Origin: the human T2T-CHM13v2.0 reference genome, Homo sapiens
Assembly: GCF_009914755.1 (NCBI RefSeq)
Contig: NC_060933.1
DNA: 64,000 bases
Reading direction: 5' to 3' (one strand)
Numbering within the stretch: the first letter of the stretch is position 1; every line of letters starts with the position of its first letter. This document shows positions 14,101-26,849 of this stretch, one piece after another. Below the pieces are notes generated by a model that saw only the letters and a list, made by a program, of their open reading frames with translations, was not told the origin of the DNA and did no database searches. The position numbers were made by a program, and so were the translations under genes.

Positions 14101-17100
14101 GTATTCCTTTCCATTCCATTCCATTCCATTGCAATCGAGTTGATTCCATTGCTTTGCATTCCATTCCATTCCATTCCATTCCGGATGTTTCCATTCCATT
14201 GCATTCCATTCCATTCCATTCCCCTGCACTCGGGTTGATTCCATTCCATTCCATTCCGTTCCGTTCCATTCCATTCCATTCCATTCTATTCGGGTTAATT
14301 CCATTCCATTCCATTCGATTGCAATCGTGTTGATTCCATTCCATTGCATTCCATTCCATTCCATTCCATTCCATTCCGTTCCATTCCATTCCATTACATT
14401 CGGATTGATTCTATTCAATTCCCTTACACTCCATTACATTCCATTCCATTCGGGTATTTTCCATTCCATTCCATTCCTTTCCTCTCCATTCCATTGCACT
14501 CGGGTTGATTCCATTCCATTGCATTCCATTCCATTCCATTCAATTCCATTCCGTTCCATTCCATTCCATTACATTCGGATTGATTCTATTCAACTCCCTT
14601 ACTCTCCATTACATTCCATTCCATTCGGGCTGTTCCATTCCATTCCATTCCATTCCACTCCATTCCATTGCACACGGGTTTATTCCATTCCATTCCATTC
14701 CATTCCATTCCATTCCATTCCATTCCGGAAGATTCCATTCCATTGCATTCCATTCCATTCCATTCCCCTGCACTCGCGTTGATTCCATTCCATTCCATTC
14801 CATTCCATTCCATTGCATTCCATTCCTTTCCGTTCCATTCCATTCCATTCCATTCCATTCCATTCCGTTCCGTTCGGTTCCATTCCATTCCATTCCATTC
14901 TATTCGGGTTAATTCCATTCCATTCCATTCGATTGCAATCGAGTTGATTCCATTCCATTCCATTCCATTCCATTCCATTCCTTTCCATTTCATTACGGAT
15001 GATTCCATTCCATTGCATTCCATTCCATTCCATTCCCCTGTACTCGGGTTCATTCCATTCCATTGCATTCCAATCTATGCCATTCCACTCGTGTTGATTC
15101 CATTCTTTCCATTCCATTCAAGTTGAATCCATTCCATTGCATTCCATTCCATTCCATTCCCCTGCAGTCGGGTTGATTCCATTCCATTCCATTCTATTCC
15201 ATTCCATTCCATTCCATTCCGTTCCGTTCCGTTCCATTCCATTCCATTCCATTCTATCCGGGTTAATTCCATTCCATTCCATTCCATTCCATTCTGTTCC
15301 GTTCCGTTCCATTCCATTCCATTCCATTCCATTCTATTCGGGTTAATTCCATTCCATTCCATTCCATTCCATTCCATTCCATTCCAATCGAGTTGATTCC
15401 ATTCCATTCCATTCCATTCCATTCCACTCCATTCCAGTCCTTTCCATTCCATTCCACTCGGGTTGATTTCAATGTATTCCTTTCCATTCCGTTCCATTCC
15501 ATTGCAATCGAGTTGATTCCATTGCTTTGCATTCCATTCCATTCCATTCCATTCCGGATGATTCCATTCCATTGCATTCCATTCCATTCCATTCCCCTGC
15601 ACTCGGGTTGATTCCATTCCATTCCACTCCATTCCGTTCCATTCCATTCCATTCCATTGTATTCGGGTTAATTCCATTCCATTCCATTCCATTCCATTCC
15701 ATTCCATTCCATTACAATCGAGTTGATTCCATTCCATTCCATTCCATTCCAGTCTTTCCATTCCATTCCACTCGGGTTGATTCCATTCTATTAGTTTCCA
15801 TTCCATTCCATTCCCTTCCATTCCACTCTGGTTGATTCCATTCCTTTCCATTCCACTCGAATACATTCCCTCCTATTCCACTCGGAACGATTCCATTCCA
15901 TTCCATTCCATTCCATTCCATTCCATTCCATTCCATTCCATTTTGTTCCATTCCATTCTATTCTGTATCATTCCATTCCATTCCATTCCATTCCATTCCA
16001 TTCCATTCCACTCGTATTGATTCCATTCCTTTCCATTCCATTCGGTTTGAAGGCATTCCATTCCATTCCATTCCATTCCATTCCATTCCATTCCATTCCA
16101 TTGTACTCGGGCTGATTGCATTCCATTGCATTCCATTCCATTCCATTCCGTTGCATTCCATTCCATTACATTCGGATTGATTCTATTCAACTCCCTTACA
16201 TTCCATTACATTCCATTCCTTTCGGGTTGTTCCATTCCATTCTATTCCATTCCACTCCATTCCATTGCACTCGGGTTGATTCCATTCCATTCCATTCCAT
16301 TCCATTCCATTCCATTCCATTCCATTCCAGATGATTCCATTCCATTGCATTCCGTTCCATTACATTCCCCTGCACTCGCGTTGATTCCATTCCATTCCAT
16401 TCAATTCCATTCCATTACAATTCGTTACATTCCATTCTATTCCGTACCATTCCATTCCATTCCATACCATTCCATTCCATTCCATTCCATTCCATTCCAT
16501 TCCGTTCCATTCCGTTCCATTGCATTCCATTCCATTCTATTCGGGTTCATTCCATTCCATTCCATTCCATTCCATTCCATTCCATTCTATTCCATTCCAT
16601 TGCAATGGAGTTGAATCCATTGCATTTCATTCCATTCCATTCCATTCCATTCCGGAAGATTCCATTCCATTGTATTCCATTCCATTCCATTCCACTGCAC
16701 TCGCATTGATTCCATTCCATTCCATTCCATTCCATTCCGTTCCGTTCCATTCCATTCCATTCCTTTCCATTCCATTCTATTCCGTTCCTTTCCATTCCAT
16801 TCCATTCCATTCTATTCGGGTTAATTCCATTCCATTCCATTCGATTGCAATCGAGTTGATTCCATTCCATTGCATTCCATTCCATTCGATTCCATTCGAT
16901 TGCACTCGGGTTGATTCCATTCCATCGCATTCCATTCCATTCCATTCCATTCCATTCCATTCCATTCCATTCCATTCTGTTCCATTCCTTTCCATTACAT
17001 TCGGATTGATTCTATTCAATTCCCTTACACTCCATTACATTCCATTCCATTCGGGTAGTTTCCACTAAATTCCATTCCATTTCTCTCCATTCCATTGCAC

Positions 17101-17350
17101 TCGGGTTGATTCCATTCCATTGCATTCCATTGCATTCGGGTAGTTTCCACTCCATTCCATTCCATTCCTCTCCATTCCATTGCACTCGGGTTGATTCCAT
17201 TCCATTGCATTCCATTCCATTCCACTCAATTCCATTCCGTTCCATTCCATTCCATTACATTCGGATTGATTCTATTCAACTCCCTTACTCTCCATTCCAT
17301 TCCATTCCATTCGGGTTGTTCCATTCCATTCCATTCCATTCCACTCCATT
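8150..17350 (+). repeat. Segmental duplication: ~8.15-11.1 kb matches ~14.4-17.35 kb (offset ~6.24 kb)
   Basis: Shared rare landmarks at a near-constant offset: CGGGCTGTTCC 8386/14626, TTAGTTTCC 9552/15791, TCGGTTTGAAGG 9793/16042, and the doubled GGGTAGTTTCCACT module at ~10800/~17050. Confidence 0.8.
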
Positions 17351-17379
17351 CCATTGCACTCGTGTTTATTCCATTCCAT

Positions 17380-20300
17380 TCCATTCCATTCCATTCCATT
17401 CCATTCCGTTCAATTCCATTCCATTCCATTCTATTCGGGTTAATTCCATTTCATTCCATTCCATTCCATTCCATTCCATTCCATTCCATTCCATTCCATT
17501 CCATTCTATTCTGGTTAATTCCATTCCATTCCATTCCATTCCATTCCATTCCATTCTATTCCATTCCAGTGCAATCGAGTTGAATCCATTGCATTTCATT
17601 CCATTCCATTCCATTCCATTCCATTCCATTCCGGAAGATTCCATTCCATTGCATTCCATTCCATTCCATTCCCCTACACTCGCGTTTATTCCATTCCATT
17701 CCATTCCATTCCATTCCATTCCATTCCATTCCATTCCGTTCCGTTCCGTTCCGTTCCATTCCATTCCATTCCATTCCATTCCGTTCCGTTCCATTCCATT
17801 CCATTCCATTCTATTCGGGTTAATTCCATTCCATTCCATTCGATTGCAATCGTGTTGATTCCATTCCATTCCATTCCATTCCATTCCATTCCATTCCATT
17901 CCATTCCTTTCCATTCCATTACGGATGATTCCATTCCATTGCATTCCATTCCATTCCATTCCCCTGTACTCGGGTTGATTCCATTCCATTGCATTCCAAT
18001 CCATGCCCTTCCACTCGTGTTGATTCCATTATTTCCATTCCATTCAAGTTGAATCCATTCCATTGTATTCCATTCCATTCGATTCCATTCGATTGCACTC
18101 GGGTTGATTCCATTCCATTGCATTCCATTCCATTCCATTCCATTCCATTCCATTCCATTCCGTTCCATTCCATTCCATTACATTCGGATTGATTCTATTC
18201 AATTCCCTTACACTCCATTACATTCCATTCCATTCGGGTAGTTTCCATTCCATTCCATTCCATTCCTCTCCATTCCATTGCACTCGGGTTGATTCCATTC
18301 CATTGCATTCCAATCCATGCCCTTCCACTCGTGTTGATTCCATTCTTTCCATTCCGTTCAAGTTGAATCCATTCCATTGCATTCCATTCCATTCGATTCC
18401 ATTTGATTTCACTCGGGTTGATTCCATTCCATTGCATTCCATTCCATTCCATTCCATTCCATTCCGTTCCATTCCATTCCATTACATTCGGATTGATTCT
18501 ATTCAACTCCCTTACTCTCCATTACATTCCATTCCATTCGGGTTGTTCCATTCCATTCCATTCCATTCCACTCCATTCCATTGGACTCGGGTTGATTCCA
18601 TTCCATTCCATTCCATTCCATTCCATTCCATTCCATTCCGTTCCGTTCCATTCCATTCCATTCCATTCCATTCTATTCGGGTTAATTCCATTCCATTCCA
18701 TTCGATTGCAATAGAGTTGATTCCATTCCATTCCATTCCATTCCATTCCATTCCATTCCATTCCTTTCCATTACATTACGGATGATTCCATTCCATTTCA
18801 TTCCATTCCATTCCATTCCCCTGTACTCGGGTTGATTCCATTCCATTCCATTCCAATCCATACCATTCCACTCTTGTTGATTCCATTCTTTCCATTCCAT
18901 TCAAGTTGAATCCATTCCATTGCATTCCATTCCATTCGATTCCATTCGATTGCACTCGGGTTGATTCCATTCCATTGCATTCCATTCCATTCCATTCCAT
19001 TCCTTTCCATTCCATTCCATTCGGATTCATTCTATTCAATTCCCTTACACTCCGTTACATTCCATTCGATTCGTGTAGTTTCCATTCCATTCCATTCCAT
19101 TCCTCTCCATTCGATTGCACTCTGGTTGATTCCATTCCATTCAATTCCATTCCATTCCATTCCATTCCGGATGATTCCATTCCATTGAATTCCATTCCAT
19201 TCCATTCCCCTGCACTTGGGTTGATTCCATTCCATTCCATTCCATTCCTTTCTGTTCCATTCAATTCCATTCCATTCCATTCTATTCGTGTTAATTCCAT
19301 TCCATTCTATTCCATTCCATTCCATTGAAGTCGAGTTGATTCCATTCCATTCCATTCCATTTCATTCCATTCCATTCCATTCCATTCCATTCCGGATGAT
19401 TCCATTCCATTGCACTCCATTCCATTCCATTCCCCTGCACTCGGGTTGATTCCATTCCATTCCATTCCATTACATTCCATTCCATTCCGTTCCATTTCAT
19501 TCTATTCTGGTTAATTCCATTCCATTCCATTCCACTCCATTCGAGTCCTTTCCATTCCATTCCACTCGGGTTGATTCCATTCTATTCCTTTCAATTCCAT
19601 TCCATTCCATTGCAATCGAGTTGATTCCATTCGAGTTGAATCCATTCCATTCCATTCCATTCCATTCCATTCCATTGCACACGGGTTCATTCCATTCCAT
19701 TCCATTCCATTCCATTCCATTCCATTCCATTCCATTCCATTTCATTCCATTCCATTCTATTCCGTACCATTCCATTCCATCCCATTCCATTCCGTTCCAT
19801 TCCATGCCATTACACTCGGGTTGATTCCATTCCTTTCCATTCCATTCTTGTTGAATCCATTCCATTCCATTCCATTTGAATCCATTCTATTGCACTCGGT
19901 TTGATTCCATTCCATTCCATTCCATTCCATTTCATTCCATTCCATTCCATTACATTCGGATTGATTCTATTCAATTCCCTTACACTCCATTACATTCCAT
20001 TCCATTCGGGATGTTTCCATTCCATTCCATTCCATTCCACTCCTTTCCATTGCATCAGGTTGATTGCATTCCATTCCATTCCATTCCATTCCGGATGATT
20101 CCATTCCATTGCATTCCATTCCATTCCATTCCCCTGCACTCGGGTTGATTCCATTCCATTCCATTCCATTCCATTCCATTCCATTTCGTTCCGTTCCATT
20201 CCATTCCATTCCATTCTATTCCGGTTAATTCCATTCCATTCCATTCGATTCCATTCCATTCCATTCCATTCCATTGCAATCGAGTTGATTCCATTCTATT

Positions 20301-23300
20301 CCAGTCCATTCCGTTCCGGATGATTCCATTCCATTCCATTCCATTCCATTCCATTCCATTCCATTCCATTCCCCTGCAGTCGGGTTGATTCCATTCCATT
20401 CCATTCCATTCCATTCCATTCCATTCCATTCCGTTCAATTCCATTCCATTCCATTCTATTCGGGTTAATTCCATTCCATTCCATTCCATTCCATTCCATT
20501 CCATTCCATTCCATTCCATTCTATTCTGGTTAATTCCATTCCATTCCATTCCATTCCATTCCATTCCATTCTATTCCATTCCAGTGCAATAGAGTTGAAT
20601 CCATTGCATTTCATTCCATTCCATTCCATTCCATTCCATTCCATTCCGGAAGATTCCATTCCATTGCATTCCATTCCATTCCATTCCCCTACACTCGCGT
20701 TTATTCCATTCCATTCCATTCCATTCCATTCCATTCCATTCCATTCCGTTCCGTTCCGTTCCGTTCCATTCCATTCCATTCCATTCCATTCCGTTCCGTT
20801 CCATTCCATTCCATTCCATTCTATTCGGGTTAATTCCATTCCATTCCATTCGATTGCAATCGTGTTGATTCCATTCCATTCCATTCCATTCCATTCCATT
20901 CCATTCCATTCCATTCCATTCCTTTCCATTCCATTACGGATGATTCCATTCCATTGCATTCCATTCCATTCCATTCCCCTGTACTCGGGTTGATTCCATT
21001 CCATTGCATTCCAATCCATGCCCTTCCACTCGTGTTGATTCCATTATTTCCATTCCATTCAAGTTGAATCCATTCCATTGTATTCCATTCCATTCGATTC
21101 CATTCGATTGCACTCGGGTTGATTCCATTCCATTGCATTCCATTCCATTCCATTCCATTCCATTCCATTCCATTCCATTCCGTTCCATTCCATTCCATTA
21201 CATTCGGATTGATTCTATTCAATTCCCTTACACTCCATTACATTCCATTCCATTCGGGTAGTTTCCATTCCATTCCATTCCATTCCTCTCCATTCCATTG
21301 CACTCGGGTTGATTCCATTCCATTGCATTCCAATCCATGCCCTTCCACTCGTGTTGATTCCATTCTTTCCATTCCGTTCAAGTTGAATCCATTCCATTGC
21401 ATTCCATTCCATTCGATTCCATTTGATTTCACTCGGGTTGATTCCATTCCATTGCATTCCATTCCATTCCATTCCATTCCATTCCGTTCCATTCCATTCC
21501 ATTACATTCGGATTGATTCTATTCAACTCCCTTACTCTCCATTACATTCCATTCCATTCGGGTTGTTCCATTCCATTCCATTCCATTCCACTCCATTCCA
21601 TTGGACTCGGGTTGATTCCATTCCATTCCATTCCATTCCATTCCATTCCATTCCATTCCGTTCCGTTCCGTTCCATTCCATTCCATTCCATTCCATTCTA
21701 TTCGGGTTAATTCCATTCCATTCCATTCGATTGCAATAGAGTTGATTCCATTCCATTCCATTCCATTCCATTCCATTCCATTCCATTCCTTTCCATTACA
21801 TTACGGATGATTCCATTCCATTTCATTCCATTCCATTCCATTCCCCTGTACTCGGGTTGATTCCATTCCATTCCATTCCAATCCATACCATTCCACTCTT
21901 GTTGATTCCATTCTTTCCATTCCATTCAAGTTGAATCCATTCCATTGCATTCCATTCCATTCGATTCCATTCGATTGCACTCGGGTTGATTCCATTCCAT
22001 TGCATTCCATTCCATTCCATTCCATTCCTTTCCATTCCATTCCATTCGGATTCATTCTATTCAATTCCCTTACACTCCGTTACATTCCATTCGATTCGTG
22101 TAGTTTCCATTCCATTCCATTCCATTCCTCTCCATTCGATTGCACTCTGGTTGATTCCATTCCATTCCATTCCATTCCATTCCATTCTATTCCGGATGAT
22201 TCCATTCCATTGAATTCCATTCCATTCCATTCCCCTGCACTTGGGTTGATTGCATTCCATTCCATTCCATTCCTTTCTGTTCCATTCAATTCCATTCCAT
22301 TCCATTCTATTCGTGTTAATTCCATTCCATTCTATTCCATTCCATTCCATTGAAGTCGAGTTGATTCCATCCCATTCCATTCCATTTCATTCCATTCCAT
22401 TCCATTCCATTGCACTCCATTCCATTCCATTCCCCTGCACTCGGGTTGATTCCATTCCATTCCATTCCATTACATTCCATTCCATTCCGTTCCATTTCAT
22501 TCTATTCTGGTTAATTCCATTCCATTCCATTCCAGTCCATTCGAGTCCTTTCCATTCCATTCCACTCGGGTTGATTCCATTCTATTCCTTTCAATTCCAT
22601 TCCATTCCATTGCAATCGAGTTGATTCCATTCGAGTTGAATCCATTCCATTCCATTCCATTCCATTCCATTCCATTGCACACGGGTTCATTCCATTCCAT
22701 TCCATTCCATTCCATTCCATTCCATTCCATTCCATTCCATTTCATTCCATTCCATTCTATTCCGTACCATTCCATTCCATCCCATTCCATTCCGTTCATT
22801 TCCATGCCATTACACTCGGGTTGATTCCATTCCTTTCCATTCCATTCTTGTTGAATCCATTCCATTCCATTCCATTCCATTCCATTTGAATCCATTCTAT
22901 TGCACTCGGTTTGATTCCATTCCATCCCATTCCATTCCATTTCATTCCATTCCATTCCATTACATTCGGATTGATTCTATTCAATTCCCTTACACTCCAT
23001 TACATTCCATTCCATTCGGGATGTTTCCATTCCATTCCATTCCATTCCACTCCTTTCCATTGCATCAGGTTGATTGCATTCCATTCCATTCCATTCCATT
23101 CCGGATGATTCCATTCCATTGCATTCCATTCCATTCCATTCCCCTGCACTCGGGTTGATTCCATTCCATTCCATTCCATTCCATTCCATTTCGTTCCGTT
23201 CCATTCCATTCCATTCCATTCTATTCCGGTTAATTCCATTCCATTCCATTCGATTCCATTCCATTCCATTCCATTCCATTCCATTGCAATCGAGTTGATT

Positions 23301-24620
23301 CCATTCTATTCCAGTCCATTCCGTTCCGGATGATTCCATTCCATTCCATTCCATTCCATTCCATTCCATTCCATTCCCCTGCAGTCGGGTTGATTCCATT
23401 CCATTCCATTCCATTCCATTCCATTCCATTCCATTCCGTTCAATTCCATTCCATTCCATTCTATTCGGGTTAATTCCATTCCATTCCATTCCATTCCATT
23501 CCATTCCATTCCATTCCATTCTATTCTGGTTAATTCCATTCCATTCCATTCCATTCCATTCCATTCTATTCCATTCCAGTGCAATCGAGTTGAATCCATT
23601 GCATTTCATTCCATTCCATTCCATTCCATTCCATTCCATTCCGGAAGATTCCATTCCATTGCATTCCATTCCATTCCATTCCCCTACACTCGCGTTTATT
23701 CCATTCCATTCCATTCCATTCCATTCCATTCCATTCCTTTCCGTTCCGTTCCGTTCCATTCCATTCCATTCCATTCCATTCCGTTCCGTTCCATTCCATT
23801 CCATTCCATTCTATTCGGGTTAATTCCATTCCATTCCATTCGATTGCAATCGTGTTGATTCCATTCCATTCCATTCCATTCCATTCCATTCCATTCCATT
23901 TCTTTCCATTCCATTACGGATGATTCCATTCCATTGCATTCCATTCCATTCCATTCCCCTGTACTCGGGTTGATTCCATTCCATTGCATTCCAATCCATG
24001 CCCTTCCACTCGTGTTGATTCCATTCTTTCCATTCCATTCAAGTTGAATCCATTCCATTGTATTCCATTCCATTCGATTCCATTCGATTGCACTCGGGTT
24101 GATTCCATTCCATTGCATTCCATTCCATTCCATTCCATTCCATTCCATTCCGTTCCATTCCATTCCATTACATTCGGATTGATTCTATTCAATTCCCTTA
24201 CACTCCATTACATTCCATTCCATTCGGGTAGTTTCCATTCCATTCCATTCCATTCCTCTCCATTCCATTGCACTCGGGTTGATTCCATTCCACTGAATTC
24301 CAATCCATGCCCTTCCACTCGTGTTGATTCCATTCTTTCCATTCCGTTCAAGTTGAATCCATTCCATTGCATTCCATTCCATTCGATTCCATTTGATTTC
24401 ACTCGGGTTGATTCCATTCCATTGCATTCCATTCCATTCCATTCCATTCCATTCCGTTCCATTCCATTCCATTACATTCGGATTGATTCTATTCAACTCC
24501 CTTACACTCCATTACATTCCATTCCATTCGGGTTGTTCCATTCCATTCCATTCCATTCCACTCCATTCCATTGGACTCGGGTTGATTCCATTCCATTCCA
24601 TTCCATTCCATTCCATTCCA
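17380..24620 (+). repeat. Local tandem higher-order repeat, ~3.0-kb unit, ~2.4 copies
   Basis: CCCCTACACTCGCGTTTATT at 17671/20686/23681; CCAGTGCAAT at 17566/20581/23576; TTGGACTCGG at 18581/21601/24571; 19411-19860 is nearly identical to 22411-22860. Confidence 0.9.
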
Positions 24621-26849
24621 TTCCGGAAGATTCCATTGCATTGCATTCCATTCCATTCCATTCCCCTGCACTCGCGTTGATTCCATTCCATTCCATTCCA
24701 TTCCATTCCATTCCGTTCCGTTCCGTTCCGTTCCGTTCCATTCCATTCCATTCCATTCCATTCCATTCCATTCTTTTCCGTTCCATTTCATTCCATTCCA
24801 TTCTATTCGGGTTAATTCCATTCCATTCCATTCGATGGCAATCGTGTTGATTCCATTCCATTCCATTCCATTCCATTCCATTCCATTCCATTCCATTCCT
24901 TTCCATTCCATTACGGATGATTCCATTCCATTGCATTCCATTCCATTCCATTCCCCTGTACTCGGGTTGATTCCATTCCATTGCATTCCAATCCATGCCC
25001 TTCCACTCGTGTTGATTCCATTCTTTCCATTCCGTTCAAGTTGAATCCATTCCATTGCATTCCATTCCATTCGATTCCATTCGATTTCACTCGGGTTGAT
25101 TCCATTCCATTGCATTCCATTCCATTCCGTTCCATTCCATTCCATTACATTCGGATTGATTCTATTCAACTCCCTTACTCTCCATTACATTCCATTCCAT
25201 TCGGGTTGTTCCATTCCATTCCATTCCATTCCACTCCATTCCATTGGACTCGGGTTGATTCCATTCCATTCCATTCCATTCCATTCCATTCCGGAAGATT
25301 CCATTCCATTGCTTTCCATTCCATTCCATTCCCCTGCACTCGCGTTGATTCCATTCTATTCCATTCTATTCCATTCCATTCCCTTCCTTTCCGTTCCATT
25401 CCATTCCATTCCATTCCATTCCATTCCGTTTCGTTCCGTTCCATTCCATTCCATTCCATTCTATTCGGGTTAATTCCATTACATTCCATTCGATTGCAAT
25501 CGAGTTGATTCCATTCGATTCTATTCCATTCCATTCCATTCCATTCCTTTCCATTCCATTACGGATGATTCCATTCCATTGCATTCCATTCCATTCCATT
25601 CCCCTGTACTCGGGTTGATTCCATTCCATTCCATTCCATTCCATTCCACTCCATTCCGTTGCACTCGGGTTGATTCCATTACATTCCATTCCATTCCGGA
25701 AGATTCCATTCCATTGCATTCCATTACATTCCATTCCCCTGCACTCGCGTTGATTCCATTCCTTTCCATTCCATTCCATTCCATTCCATTCCGTTCCGTT
25801 CCGTTCCATTCCATTCCATTCCATTCCATTCCATTCCATTCCATTCCTTTCCGTTCCATTCCATTCCATTCCATTCTATTCGGGTTAATTCCATTCCATT
25901 CCATTCCATTGCACTCGTGTTGATTCCATTCCATTCCATTCCATTCCATTCCATTCAATTCCATTCCTTTCCATTCCATTCCATTACATTCGGATTGATT
26001 CTATTCAACTCCCTTACTCTCCATTACATTCCATTCCATTCGGGTTGTTCCATTCCATTCCATTCCATTCCACTCCATTCCATTGCACTCGGGTTTATTC
26101 CATTCCATTCCATTCCATTCCGGAAGATTCCATTCCATTGCATTCCATTCCATTCCATTCCCCTGCACTCGCTTTGATTCCACTCCATTCCATTCCATTC
26201 CATTCCATTCCATTCCATTCCATTCCATTCCATTCCGGATGATTTCATTCCATTGCATTCCATTCCATTCCATTCCCCTGCACTCAGGTTGATTCCATTC
26301 CATTCCATTCCAATACATTCCATTCCATTCCCTTCCATTTCATTCTATTCGGGTCAATTCCATTCCATTCCATTCCACTCCATTCCAGTCCTTTCCATTC
26401 CATTCCACTCGGGTTGATTCCATTCTATTCCTTTTAATTCCATTCCATTCCATTGCAATCGAGTGGATTCCATTGGAGTTGAATCCATTCCATTCCATTC
26501 CATTCCATTCCATTGCACACGGGTTCATTCCATTCCATTCCATTCCATTCCATTCCATTCCATTCCATTCCATTCCATTCTATTCCATTTCATTCCATTC
26601 CATTCTATTCCGTACCATTCCATTCCATCCCATTCCATTCCGTTCCATTCCATGCCATTACACTCGGGTTGATTCCATTCCTTTCCATTCCATTCTTGTT
26701 GAATCCATTCCATTCCATTCCATTCCATTCCATTCGAATCCATTCCATTGCACTCGGGTTGATTCCATTCCATTCCATTCCATTCCATTTCATTCCATTC
26801 CATTCCATTACATTCGGATTGATTCTATTCAATTCCCTTACACTCCATT

